DNA of 64,000 bases. Source: an uncultured Nitrososphaeraceae archaeon (lineage in GTDB: Archaea > Thermoproteota > Nitrososphaeria > Nitrososphaerales > Nitrososphaeraceae). Of this stretch, positions 1 through 11,311 are shown piece by piece. Both the position numbers and the translations under genes were made by a program. Every line of letters starts with the position of its first letter. Position 1 is the first letter of the stretch. The stretch is from NCBI GenBank assembly GCA_963779615.1, contig CAVZZA010000003.1:1024001-1088000 (forward strand), written 5' to 3'. The notes beneath the pieces are model-generated. The model had not been told where the DNA came from, did no database searches, and saw only the letters and a program-made list of their open reading frames with translations.

Positions 1-327
1 ATGCAAAACTCCAAGACATCAAAAGATGATGCGTGGCAAGTTATAGATAAAACGCCAATATCCTATTTAAAAGACATAAATGGATTGTATCTCCACAAAC
101 GAATATTGAGTTGTTTGGAGTGCCAAACTGCAGTTTGACTCAACCCAGGCATCACTGTTCTATCCGCGTTGAAAGCATTTAATGTCACTTATTCTCAGAC
201 ATCGGATAAAGACCAGGTTTTCTAGTCATTGCAGGCAAAGACTTTGAAACAGAAACGCTTGAAGGCAAAATCTATACTCAACGCAGGCGTTCTCAATTAC
301 GCTAATCTAATTTTGAGGAAGGGCCGC

Positions 328-692
328 ATGGAGCACAATCAGGTACATGTTAGAGCAGAATTTACAATAGAAGAAGGAAAAATAGAAGAATGCAAGAAGA
401 TGGTGCAAAAAATGAGCAGAGTTGTGGAAGATAGCGAGCCAGGTACAATAAACTACCGGTTTTATCTTAATAGATCAGAGAAAAGTGTGTCGTACACGAA
501 ACATACACAAATTCAGAGGCGGCACTGGCTCACATTAGAGGCGTTGCATCGCAAACAATACTCTCAAAGATTTTCAGTGTCACCAGAATGAGCAGGCTTG
601 ATGTATACGGGAACCCTAGCGAGGAATTACAAAAGGCGCTGACAAGTTTTGGTTCACATATTTATAACATATTTGCAGGGTTCAGTCGTTGA
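328..692 (+). CDS. Antibiotic biosynthesis monooxygenase (ABM)/quinol monooxygenase-like protein, one frameshift near 481
   Basis: MEHNQVHVRAEFTIEEGKIEE...EPGTINYRFY continues in another frame as CVVHETYTNSEAALAHI...VYGNPSEELQKAL...FAGFSR* (TGA 690-692). Confidence 0.75.
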
Positions 693-1087
693 CAGGTTGG
701 CAGTACTTTTTTAGAATTGTCTATTTTACGTATCAGACTCCAGTATACACAATAGCAAAAGGCACAACCATTTGCAAACTTATTGCAGTTTTGTAAATCC
801 CTTGATATCTAGTAAACCACGATGATGGACGCGTTTTATTTGCCCTTGTAATGAATTAACCTTTCCACAACAGGTTGGAATTTTTACTGACAAGCCTGTA
901 AAACCCACTTATAACTATATTTACTTTGAATTCAGATTCCAGGAAGTTAAGTTTAAAGGTAAACCATCTCAGAGCAGCAAAATCAATAGCCGAATTTATG
1001 CTTTTAGGGGTGGATCAGCATAAGTTTGTGTATTCAACTTTTCCATAATATTCAAAGCAATGGAAGAATATGAATTCCCATTGTTAA

Positions 1088-1210
1088 TGCGGTCACCGGG
1101 ATTTGAATTCCCGCCCTGTTTTATAAAAAAACAGGGTCCCGGGTTACGGGCTTTCTCCACGCTTTCGCATATGGAAGGCCAGTGTCCTAACCAAACTGGA
1201 CGATGACCGC
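1088..1210 (-). tRNA. tRNA-Gly(TCC) with two introns (37/38: 1153-1171; 53/54: 1108-1137)
   Basis: Acceptor GCGGTCA/TGACCGC, D-stem GTCC/GGAC, anticodon loop CT-TCC-AA after removing a 19-nt intron, T-arm CCGGG-TTCAAAT-CCCGG after removing a 30-nt intron; both introns form bulge-helix-bulge-like structures. Confidence 0.93.
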
Positions 1211-1300
1211 GTTGTATTTGATATCATTTTATTCTGATATTAAACTTTTCCAATTTTTATAAACTTTAACACCATAAAAATATAATATCTATATCCATTG

Positions 1301-1930
1301 TTAACTGATTTTGTTTTTGTTTTTTGGAAAAATGTAATTCAATAAGGCATCAATAGCTTTATTGGTCATTTTACGCTTATAATATACGGTTCCTTTTTTT
1401 GGTGCTTCAACAGCCTTTTCTTTTTGAACAACATCATATGGTCTGTCATCTAATGCCCCTTCAAAAATAACCTTATGTTGTTTAAGTTTGGAGTCAACTA
1501 TAGAATCAAAAATTTCCTTTTGCCAAACAGACCCTATAAAATAAATACAAGGGGGATTGACAAGCTTTGTTATTCGCGTAATAACATTATTGAGGGCAGA
1601 TTCAATGCTTTTTGAGTTGGTATCATATTCCAAATATTGCTCCAAGATGCCACCTGCAATCAATTTTTCTTTTATTTCTTTAACATGGCTATCTTTTGAT
1701 ATTATCAAAATTGATGTATGAAACTTATCAGGTTTTGAATTCATTATAATACCAAAAGTTTCTATACACAGGTTTATTCTTCCGATAATGTAATTTGGAA
1801 GATAACCATCACGATTCAAATCTTCATTTTGATCATCAGCATCTGGTAATGGTTGTGTTGATTTATCTTTATTAAAGACGCAATAGAGTAACAAAATATT
1901 ACCATAGGTAAAAGAAGCAGCATTAGTCAA
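1301..1930 (-). CDS. Hypothetical protein
   Basis: 209-aa ORF, no family recognised. Confidence 0.7.
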   Translation of the reverse strand: MTNAASFTYGNILLLYCVFNKDKSTQPLPDADDQNEDLNRDGYLPNYIIGRINLCIETFGIIMNSKPDKFHTSILIISKDSHVKEIKEKLIAGGILEQYLEYDTNSKSIESALNNVITRITKLVNPPCIYFIGSVWQKEIFDSIVDSKLKQHKVIFEGALDDRPYDVVQKEKAVEAPKKGTVYYKRKMTNKAIDALLNYIFPKNKNKIS

Positions 1931-2007
1931 TTTATTATAATAAATACATAAAATTACAAATTTATAGCTAACTAAAAGTGATGGAGGGAGGAGGGGGAGA
2001 GAGGGAG

Positions 2008-2781
2008 TTATTTGACTAACTGATATTTTGATCTGTAGCCACGTGGATTTATCATCATATCATCATAATTAAAAGATGACGAATTGCCGATAATGATAGT
2101 GGTTATCATTCCCATCATATCAGGATAGTCTAACATTTTTTCCAGATCTGTAATAACTACAGATTGACTTTCTCTAAATGCACCCTTAACTATTGCTACA
2201 GGGGTTTGAGGTGTTCTGTACCTAAGGAATATATCTCGAGCGTCTTGTAGCTGATGAATTCTTTTTTTGCTAGATGGATTGTAAACCACAGTGACAAAAT
2301 CGCCTGATGCTGCAGCTTCGACTCTTTTTACAATTATCTCCCAGGGAACAAGAAGATCACTCATGCTAACAACAGCAAAATCAGTCATAAGGGGAGAGCC
2401 TATTAATGCGCTACATGAATTAAGAGAAGAAACCCCCGGAATGCATTCAACATATAGCCCATTGTTTTTTTTCCAGCCCTTCTCTGCCAGTATTTCATAG
2501 ATTAAGCCAATCATCCCATAAATTCCAGGGTCGCCTGATGAAACTAACGATACAATGTTTCCTTTCTCAGCAAAATCTATAGCTTGGTTGGCACGATCAA
2601 CCTCCTGGGTCATTGGATATCTATACACTTCTTTACCATCAATCAGATCTCCTATCAAGGAAACATAGGTTTCATACCCTACAATGATTTTACTTTCTTC
2701 AATGACTTGTTTAGCACGAAAGGTCATGTGGTCATGATGACCTGGCCCTACACCAACAACATATAATTTTCCTGAACTCAT
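2008..2781 (-). CDS. cobJ: Precorrin-3B C17-methyltransferase (CobJ/CbiH)
   Basis: KLYVVGVGPG, VSSGDPGIYG, IPGVSS, SMSDLLVPW, NPRGY motifs; likely start MSSGK at 2781. Confidence 0.93.
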   Translation of the reverse strand: MSSGKLYVVGVGPGHHDHMTFRAKQVIEESKIIVGYETYVSLIGDLIDGKEVYRYPMTQEVDRANQAIDFAEKGNIVSLVSSGDPGIYGMIGLIYEILAEKGWKKNNGLYVECIPGVSSLNSCSALIGSPLMTDFAVVSMSDLLVPWEIIVKRVEAAASGDFVTVVYNPSSKKRIHQLQDARDIFLRYRTPQTPVAIVKGAFRESQSVVITDLEKMLDYPDMMGMITTIIIGNSSSFNYDDMMINPRGYRSKYQLVK

Positions 2782-2893
2782 GATAAAAATACCGCACCCA
2801 TTTCTTTTATTTTTTTCTTTAGCATTATCAAAATCATTAGAGTGACAATACATTATGCCACAAAGTTAACTGAATGACAAAAACACAATATTC

Positions 2894-4306
2894 CTATTTA
2901 CCTGATTTTTCTAACCCAAACTCCTTATGAAGAGATTTTACCGCTTTTTCACAATCTCATCTACAACTACAAACGCCAGGTTTAATTCTGATGAGCCCTG
3001 AGCAATCATTATTACGTTTATATTTTCTTTCGCTATAGAAGTAAAGATTTTTCCAGCGATACCTTTAATTCCACGCATTCCGGAACCAACTACGGTAACA
3101 ATTGATACTTCGTCCAAAACGCTCAAATGTTTTATCACTTTGCCAAGTAGCTTTAACTCCAAGGCGGTAATAGCTTTACCCAAATCGTCTTTGTTTAGCA
3201 CCATGGAAATGCTAGATTCTGATGGGCCCTGAGAAATCATCATTATATTGACTTTATTCTTAGCTAATGTATCAAAAATAATAGCAGCGGTTCCCGGAGA
3301 GCCCACCATACCCCCACCCCCTACATCCAATAGAGCCGTATTTCTTATAGCAATAATAGATTTGATAAATTTTTAGAAATTTTTACATCACGAGCGATAG
3401 TAGTTCCAGGGTGAGATAAATTAAATGCATTTCGAATTTTTAAAGGAATATTAGAATCCATTACCGGTTCCAAAGCCCTTGGATGGATATACTTTGCACC
3501 AAATAATACCATTTCAGCCGCCTCGGCAAAAGATATCTCATCAAGCACCTGGGCCTCATCCACTATAGATGGATCTGCGGTAAGCAATCCATCACATCAC
3601 TCCACAAATATACTTCATTTGCATTGATGCAGGAAGCAATTATTGTAGCTGTGTAATCAGAACCACTCCTACCTAAAGTTGTAATGTGTCCGTGCTGGTC
3701 AGCACCAATAAACCCGGTTATAACCGGTATTATGTCTTGTTGAATTAATGGAAGGATTTTGGAATTTACTCTAAGTTTGGTGGTATCCATCAAAGGTCTG
3801 AGCTTCTCCAAAATTAGAGTCCGTAACTATTCCGATATCCTTACCTGTAAAATACTCAGATTTTAAATTTGAATCTCTTAGAGAATAACATACAATTGGA
3901 GCTGATAAACGCTCTCCAAATGACAACATATGATCCAAAGAACGTGCAGTTATTTCAGAAATCAAAACCAAGCCATTGAGTATATCGTGGAACTCATTTA
4001 TAATGTCTGAAACAAGGCTTTTAGTTTCAAACTGCAATGCCTTGTTTGTTATTGTTCTTTCTATCAAATTCATATGAATGAATTTCATTTCATCTACAAA
4101 GATCATTATTGCGTTGCGATTGCCTTTCATTATCAAGCCAGTCAATGATAAAATTTTATCAGTAACTCCAGACAAAGCGGAAACTACACAAATTATATCA
4201 TTTTTTACATCATTTACATTTTTAAAGGATTTAATATTTTTACAACATTATTTATTTTGGATGAATCATCTAAAACAGAACCACCAAATTTCATTATTAT
4301 TTTCAT
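2894..4306 (-). CDS. lysC: Aspartate kinase with two ACT domains, split by several frameshifts
   Basis: MKIIMKFGGS start, SFGERLSA, TTLGRSGSDYTA, TADP, FGAKYIHP, ACT motifs MISQGPSE and IAQGSSE across ORFs 3771-4175, 3563-3811, 3345-3587 and 2938-3330. Confidence 0.92.
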
Positions 4307-4422
4307 ATATATCCATTTTTAATTTAAAATAGGGTAAAATATAAATAACTATTTTATTATTAGCCTCAAAAATATTAATCTATTTTTTTACATTAGTCTA
4401 TCTTTTTTGTCGACACATTTTT

Positions 4423-5176
4423 TTAATCCTGAACTCGGGGTGCAAGATAAAAATGAATTCGTCCTATATTCGTTATTCGAAATTCAAGTCGTATCGGCAT
4501 CTTAGTAGAATACTCAATTGCTGCGGAAACCCCAACAGAACTTACTGATTTTACAATTTTTAACAAATAATCAAGACTGTATGTTGCCTTAGATTCCTCT
4601 TTGACCTCAATTTCTTCTAAACCTTCACTGTTGGGCTCCATAATGACGTCAGCTTCACCGGTATCACTTTTACCTAAAAACTCTATTTTATCAGGATAGG
4701 AGGAAATTTCTACATATTCTGAAACAACCTCTATATCCGATAAAATTTTATCAAAAGAAGACAAAGATAAGACCAATTTGGAATTAAAAGACAATTTTGG
4801 TAATGGGGTGGAGCGCAGATGAGCTTTCAATTAACCTCATTTTGTATTCTCTTTTGTAACTCCCAATTGTTTTTATTTGTAACATATCCTCATCGCTAAT
4901 AGAGACTTCAAGTTCATCTTTTTTATCCGTACGCTTGATTAATTTAGAAAATTCAGAAATTCTGACACCAAATTTTAATTCCGAATCACACTTGTAACTG
5001 TCAAATGCAGAATTAGGCCAAAAAATATCAATCAATGCAACATGCGATGGGTCCATACCTCTAAAGGAAATACCTTCAGTGGTGGCTTCAAATGTTGCTT
5101 CATCAACTAAAGTTGAAATAGCTGAAGTAATTATTTTCCATTGATCAGGAGATTTTGTTTTTGCTGCAAACATCAA
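4423..5176 (-). CDS. pcn: PCNA DNA polymerase sliding clamp, frameshift near 4810-4830
   Basis: GMDPSHVALID, YSLDYL, FYLAPRV across two ORFs. Confidence 0.95.
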
Positions 5177-5255
5177 GTTATATCATTTAGATTGATTTTG
5201 ATTTCAGATTTTAATATTACTAAAAAAAATCATGATGTAATTTAGCTAATCATAG

Positions 5256-5600
5256 TTAAGAATAATTTCTCCAGGTATGATTACATTTAGTGCACCGATA
5301 GAATTGAGTGGTAGCTTCATCAGCCGATCTTGTTTGCAGCATCCACCAAAATGCCAAATTATTATAACATTTGGGGCATTCGATATTAGTGGTTGGTAAA
5401 GTTTCTATAGGTTTTTCCATATCCATTATTTTTAAAGTGTTTTCAGAGTAACCATAATTTGAAACAGTTTCAACAATATTATTCGAGTTAACAGAACCTG
5501 AAACCTCGTTATCAACATTATGTCCGCATTTTACACATATTAGTATTTTTTCCTCCGGTTTATTTCTCATTCGGGTATCGCACTTTGGGCAAAACTTCAT
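5256..5600 (-). CDS. tfs: Transcription factor S (TFS/RpoM-like)
   Basis: MKFCPKC, CPKC...QTRSADEATTQFYRCTKC. Confidence 0.95.
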   Translation of the reverse strand: MKFCPKCDTRMRNKPEEKILICVKCGHNVDNEVSGSVNSNNIVETVSNYGYSENTLKIMDMEKPIETLPTTNIECPKCYNNLAFWWMLQTRSADEATTQFYRCTKCNHTWRNYS

Positions 5601-5647
5601 TTGTTAATCACTACCACTATCACATAACACATCATCAACTAATTAAT

Positions 5648-5926
5648 TTAATTTCCTAATGTTAATTTTAACATTCCCGATAAGTCGTTTGTATATCGTA
5701 TAGCTGAATCAACAGATTCTAAAAGAGATTTTTGCGGATCACTTTTAGTTGTCAATATTTTTAGCATGTATTCCCTGATTAAAGGATGTTTTAGTATTAC
5801 ACCAGCAAATTTGACATCGATGTTTTTTTGTATTTCGTGTTGAATAATGTATAAAACCGAAATATCCAAATCAAGAATCCTAAATTCTAATTCTTTGTCC
5901 TTTGCATGTGTAACTTCAGCATGCAT
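5648..5926 (-). CDS. rpoL: RNA polymerase subunit Rpo11 (L)
   Basis: VKFAGVILKHPL motif; lies upstream of tfs and pcn; likely start MHAEV at 5926. Confidence 0.8.
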   Translation of the reverse strand: MHAEVTHAKDKELEFRILDLDISVLYIIQHEIQKNIDVKFAGVILKHPLIREYMLKILTTKSDPQKSLLESVDSAIRYTNDLSGMLKLTLGN

Positions 5927-6021
5927 ATATAAAAGACAACTACATATTGAGGATATAAATGATACCTTCTCAGTATCTAAATTGTCTAAATTGAACAAAG
6001 AAGGAAAGTTTTATCACGGAC

Positions 6022-6510
6022 TTGATTTTAAAGAAATCACAGGACACACCCACAATTGGAGACTCGATAACCTTAAGTTTGAATTTCACCATTAATGGAA
6101 ATGTAAGAGAGATATTTACCCAAAAAAATTGGGAAAAGGCATATAACAAGCACGATAACGTATTTCGATTAGTAATCAAATTAGACATTAAAAACAACGG
6201 ACAGACTATTGATTCAAAAAAATTGCGTAGAAAAGCTATTCTATTTTGGACGCGAAATCCCAAAATTGATCATAGAATATGGATAACCATTGTAAAAGAT
6301 GAAAGTCCACATTATCCTCTAGAGGAGGAGGAAGCAAGAAACTTATTGTTTGATTTTCAAAAAAATATAGAGATAGAAGCAAGCAAACTGAAAACAGGCA
6401 AAAATAAGATCTCTGTTACAATTAACCTGTCATGGGGAAAGCATGAATATATAGAAAAAAATCAAATAATAAAAGAATCAAATATTGAAGAAATAGAGAT
6501 AGCGAAATAA
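6022..6510 (+). CDS. Hypothetical protein
   Basis: 162-aa ORF with LFWTRNPKI and LSWGKH segments; no family recognised. Confidence 0.7.
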   Translation: MILKKSQDTPTIGDSITLSLNFTINGNVREIFTQKNWEKAYNKHDNVFRLVIKLDIKNNGQTIDSKKLRRKAILFWTRNPKIDHRIWITIVKDESPHYPLEEEEARNLLFDFQKNIEIEASKLKTGKNKISVTINLSWGKHEYIEKNQIIKESNIEEIEIAK

Positions 6511-6614
6511 GCGAAATAAATTTGAAATACTGGCTAACGGGGTAACTATAGTAATATTTATTACGACAAAATGCTGTAATTCAATTTAAATATAACATAT
6601 AATAGCTTTTTCAC

Positions 6615-6761
6615 ATGACTAAATTTGATGGAATCAAAGGACAAGAACTATTAGATGTGGAAGAAGCACCCAATGAATTAACTTTAATCTTTAAAGACAA
6701 CAGGTTTTTATTTATCAAGATGGAAAACGGAAAGATAGTTTGCGACTCTGTTCCAGAATAA
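6615..6761 (+). CDS. Small protein, 48 aa (not in ORF track)
   Basis: MTKFDGIKGQELLDVEEAPNELTLIFKDNRFLFIKMENGKIVCDSVPE*, preceded by TATA-like TTTAAATA about 25-30 nt upstream. Confidence 0.7.
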   Translation: MTKFDGIKGQELLDVEEAPNELTLIFKDNRFLFIKMENGKIVCDSVPE

Positions 6762-6787
6762 TTTCAAATAAGAATTAAACACCCGTG

Positions 6788-7145
6788 TCAATTTATTTCT
6801 ATCAATATTTTTCCATTTTTTTCATAAGGGTCATAAGTTTTCAGGTCACCAGAATATCTCCAAGCCAATGTTTGTTCTTTCCACGTATCATCCCTTTTCC
6901 ATGACTTCATGTTTTCTAATTTGCCCGTGAACACATCATATTCATAACCATGCATGTAACAAACTATATTGTTTCCATGTAGATTTCCCTTTGATAAAGA
7001 TGCACCCTTATGCGGACAGACGTTATCAAATGCAAACAGCTTATCATTTATTTTACCAACAACAATTTCTAAGTTTTTTAAAGTGATTCTTCTTAAATGA
7101 ATCATTGACCAAATCATCAGACAGAATACCCGTGTCCAAAATCAC
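6788..7145 (-). CDS. Rieske [2Fe-2S] ferredoxin-type protein; N-terminus probably frameshifted
   Basis: CPHKG and CYMHG Rieske ligand motifs. Confidence 0.85.
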
Positions 7146-7219
7146 AACAGCATAATAAAAAAAATCTGGTTTATAAATTAACCATTAAATAAAAATACCT
7201 GTATTGGCAAACAAAACGG

Positions 7220-7483
7220 CTATAATATAGGTTTCGTCATTGATATTGATTCAGTCATTTGCTTATATAGTGCAAGAAAACGTCGTCCTTTGTCCGTAAT
7301 TTTATAAATTTGCGCACGATCGTCGTATACAATCAACCCATGCTCCGTTATTTGAGACAGATATTCTTTCATTTGAAGAAATGAAAGATATACTTTGTAC
7401 ATAATCTTAGCTTGTATTGCACCACTATCCCCAACAGTTTCCAGAATCATAGCAATTATCTCTAGGCGACTTCGATTTTTCAT
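7220..7483 (-). CDS. Winged-helix transcriptional regulator (DUF4364/ArnR-like)
   Basis: RSRLEIIAMIL...IMYKVYLS...YKITDKG pattern. Confidence 0.85.
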   Translation of the reverse strand: MKNRSRLEIIAMILETVGDSGAIQAKIMYKVYLSFLQMKEYLSQITEHGLIVYDDRAQIYKITDKGRRFLALYKQMTESISMTKPIL

Positions 7484-7797
7484 ATAATCCAGTTTTATAT
7501 ATATATTAAAAAATAAAAACAGAGCAACACTAAGAATAATAGATATGTTTTAGTGATTTTTATACTGTTATGACATTTGTAGTATCATATAGAAAATACT
7601 AATCATAAAAAAGAACGGGTTTAGCTCTAACATAAAGAGAGACTATATAATCTTAAATCACATTAAAATCAAAAGAGCAGAATCCATATCCACAGATACA
7701 ATGATGATATGCAATCAACATTTAGGTCACAGGTTAAATATTGTTCCGGCAAACAAGTATATAAAAATATAACGAATATTTTCATCATACAAATATA

Positions 7798-9109
7798 GTG
7801 TTTAAAAGAATTGCGGACATAAAAACTGATGAAAACATTGGAGAAAATATAACATTAAGAGGGTGGATACACAGATTACGAAAACAAAAAGAAAAAACAT
7901 TCATTATTTTAAGGGATGACCGCGGCGATATCATCCAAGTCATATGTCCTTCAAAGTTATGTGAAAATTTAACCATAGAGTCTTCCATTCAAATTACAGG
8001 AGCGTTAAGAAAAGATTCAAGAGCCCCCGAGGGCGAGTATGAAATAAAAGCAGATAAAATAGTGCCATTCAACATAGCAGACATAGACTATCCGATAGGG
8101 GAATACCAAAGTGAGGAGACACTTCTTGATCTATAGGCATTTGTCCCTGAGGACACGAAAAATGATAAATGTTGGAAAAATAAGAAACTCTTTATTAAAA
8201 TATTCACGTGATTGGTTTTACAAAGAAAATTGGATGGAAATAAATCCGCCAATAATAGTCAAGAGCGCAGTAGAAGGTGGGTCCACCCTATTTGAAGTAA
8301 AGTATTTTGACGATATGGCATATCTGTCACAGAGCTCACAACTGTACCTTGAATCAATGATTTATTGTTTGGGTCCGGTCTGGAGTATTACCCCATCTTT
8401 TAGAGCGGAGAAATCAAGAACCGTCAGACATCTTGCAGAATTTACCCACCTAGAAGCAGAGGCTCCATGGATTACAATGGATGACCTTATCAACATTCAG
8501 GAGAAATTGGTTTTTGACTTGGTCAAGAACATTAGGGAAAATAACATTAAGGAAATAGATTTTTTGAATAAAAACTCCAAGGTAAAATTAGAAAGAATTT
8601 CATCACCATTTGAGAAAATAACTTATAACAAAGCAATAGATGTTTTAAGATCTAAAGAGTGTAAAATAAGGGAAGAAGATAAAAAAGATCGCATAATTGA
8701 GTGGGGCGATGATCTTAATATCGAATCAGAGAGGGAACTAACAAAAGACAAAGAAAACCCCATGTTTGTTACAAATTATCCATTAGAAACCAAGCCTTTT
8801 TACGTGAAGCAAAATCCGGAGGACCCTAAAGTTGGAATGGCAGTTGATTTACTGGCACCGGAAGGATATGGAGAAATATCAGGAGGAGGGATAAGGGAAG
8901 ACAATTTGGAAAAAATAAAACTTAGAATACTTGAATCCAATCTCGAACCCAAAGACTACCAATGGTACTTGGACCTTAGGAAATATGGTTCAGTACCGCA
9001 TGGGGGTTTTGGTCTTGGGATAGAGAGAATTCTCAGATGGATTTTGGGTTTTGAAGATATCAAAGATGTTGTACTCTTTCCAAGAACGATGTCGAGAATA
9101 ACGCCATAG
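7798..9109 (+). CDS. asnS: Asparagine--tRNA ligase (class IIb), frameshift near 8130
   Basis: OB-fold GWIHRLR...ILRD; YLSQSSQLYLE; FRAEKSRTVRHLAEF; GFGLGIER; FPR. Resembles AsnRS more than AspRS. Confidence 0.8.
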
Positions 9110-9235
9110 GTATTTTACTCAATATGAGCATTTTTTAGCCCGCCAAAAGGGGTTGTATGTGAAAAATGAATACACACACCATAGCAAGGATACAATATAG
9201 TTTATACACAACAAAATCAGCAATTACACTCATTA

Positions 9236-10396
9236 ATGCAACTAACACGTGAAGAAGAAAAAGCGATTTCTGGAGAGAATGGGGAAGCCACTGCTATAGC
9301 TTATAGGGTTTTGGTTGCCATAGGAGAAGCTACAAATGCTCAAAACCTCATTCCAATCAAATGGGCGCACATTTCAGGTGTTAATTATAACACAATAGGA
9401 GATAGCGGATTAGATTTTTTAAAAAAGATAAGCAAAGATGGCAAAGTAAAAGTCAAAACTTCATTAAACCCAATGGGATTTGACAGAAAAAACATACCAG
9501 AATTGTCACAGGATTTTATAGATAAACAATTCGAAATAACGAAAATATATGAAAAGATAGGGGTTACCCCAACTTTTTCGTGCATTCCCTATGAGATATT
9601 ACCCATACCAGAATCAGGAACCCAAGTAAGTTTCGCAGAGAGCAGCGCAGCAGTATTGGCAAATTCATATTTGAACATAAAAACCAACAAGGAGAGTGCA
9701 TTAAGTGCTCTTGCTAGCGCAATTGTAGGAAAGGCACCGTTTTCGGATCTTAGAATGGAGGAATTGAGGGACCCCAGTTTTGAAATAGTAAATGAGTTAA
9801 AAATTGAAAATGAATTAGATTATGGATTGTTAGGATATTTTATTGGAAAAACAGTGAAAAAAAGCTGTACCGGCCTATGCAATGTTTCAGGAAATACAGA
9901 TTTTTGGAACATTAAATCACTCTCGGCAGGTATAGGGACATCTGGGTCTTGTGGAATGTTCCAAATCAAAGAGCAATCAAAAAACACTGAAAAAATAAGA
10001 TATGGGGACAAAGAAATGAAAAAAACAAAAGACGAGTTAAACACTTCTGAAGAGGGTCAAATGATTACATTTGGAAGCCCTCAGCTGGGCTTGGAAGAAA
10101 TTTGTAAGATCACATCCCTAATTGAAGGAAAAAAATTTACAAAACCCTGTAAAATTTTTTGCCCAAGATCGGTATTTAACAAGATTGAAGAATGTGGCAT
10201 TGCATCGACCTTACAAAAATCAGGTGTAGAGTTCATATGTGACGCCTGTACATGCCTGACTCCACTGATAAAAAAGGAGAATTGCGACAGCATAATAACA
10301 AATAGCGTAAAGGCGGCTTATTATATGAAGACATCAAACAAGGTATCAGTAGCGTTAAAGGATGTAAAAACGATTGTAAAAGACTACTCAAATTAA
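9236..10396 (+). CDS. Aconitase X large subunit (DUF521), probable phosphomevalonate dehydratase large subunit
   Basis: AHISGVNYNTIGD, FSCIPY, AESSA, GSPQ, DACTC, TNSVKAAYY. Confidence 0.88.
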   Translation: MQLTREEEKAISGENGEATAIAYRVLVAIGEATNAQNLIPIKWAHISGVNYNTIGDSGLDFLKKISKDGKVKVKTSLNPMGFDRKNIPELSQDFIDKQFEITKIYEKIGVTPTFSCIPYEILPIPESGTQVSFAESSAAVLANSYLNIKTNKESALSALASAIVGKAPFSDLRMEELRDPSFEIVNELKIENELDYGLLGYFIGKTVKKSCTGLCNVSGNTDFWNIKSLSAGIGTSGSCGMFQIKEQSKNTEKIRYGDKEMKKTKDELNTSEEGQMITFGSPQLGLEEICKITSLIEGKKFTKPCKIFCPRSVFNKIEECGIASTLQKSGVEFICDACTCLTPLIKKENCDSIITNSVKAAYYMKTSNKVSVALKDVKTIVKDYSN

Positions 10397-10422
10397 AATA
10401 CAACGGTAAAGAAATTAATAAA

Positions 10423-10848
10423 ATGGAGATAAAATGCAAGAGAATTGTAGGGGGCGTAACAAAAGGAAAATTACTTTTTTCCGAACAACCTCTAAATTTC
10501 CTTGCAATGCTAAATGTAAAAACAGGTCAAATAAATGACATAAATCATGATTTAAACAATCAAACTTTGAAAAGTAATATTCTTGTTTTTCCCAATGCTG
10601 TTGGAAGTAGTGTAGGAGCGTACACAATTTTTTCTTTAAAAAATAATAACACATCTCCAAACGGAATAATTTGTACAAACTCAGTGGACATTACAACCGC
10701 GTCAGGATGTGCAATATCAAACATTCCACTAGTGCATATAAATGAAAACGATTCAGTAGAATTAAAAAACTATTGCAAAGAAAAGAAAAAACATAGTGGT
10801 AGTAAAGAAGTAACACTGGATGCTGAAAAAGAGATTATTTTTTTATGA
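10423..10848 (+). CDS. Aconitase X swivel/small subunit (DUF126)
   Basis: ILVFPNAVGSSVGAY motif; directly follows DUF521 gene. Confidence 0.88.
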   Translation: MEIKCKRIVGGVTKGKLLFSEQPLNFLAMLNVKTGQINDINHDLNNQTLKSNILVFPNAVGSSVGAYTIFSLKNNNTSPNGIICTNSVDITTASGCAISNIPLVHINENDSVELKNYCKEKKKHSGSKEVTLDAEKEIIFL

Positions 10849-11048
10849 TGACAAATCTATATAATCGATTACAGCATTAAAAACATCTCGGCATATGGCT
10901 TTCGATGGGCGAACTGACCATCATGATGGAATGAAGATAAAAGTCCATATGCCGGGATACATCTATTAAAAAACAACAAAAGCATATACAATAGAGAAAT
11001 ACGGCAAGAAATTCCTTTCATAAAAACAAATAAAAAAATATAGTTACA

Positions 11049-11309
11049 ATGACACAAACATTTTTGTATAATTCTTTTTTAATTATACTATTGGTAAAAG
11101 TTTGCCCCGAATGCGGAGGAAGTTTAAGATTAGATTCAATAACAAAAAATTTTATCTGCAAAGGATGTGGTCTTTATGCACCTAGGGAAAAATTTGAAGA
11201 GTTACGTGAAAAACTAAACAAAGGTGACGAAAAAAATGAAAAAAAAGAAGAGTATCTGGACTGGTGGCAATCCTCCAAAAAAGATAAAAAAAATCAAGGT
11301 AGTTTTTAA
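11049..11309 (+). CDS. Small zinc-ribbon protein (true start probably near 11091)
   Basis: CPECGG...CKGCG, C-terminal YLDWW. Confidence 0.7.
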   Translation: MTQTFLYNSFLIILLVKVCPECGGSLRLDSITKNFICKGCGLYAPREKFEELREKLNKGDEKNEKKEEYLDWWQSSKKDKKNQGSF

Positions 11310-11311
11310 TT

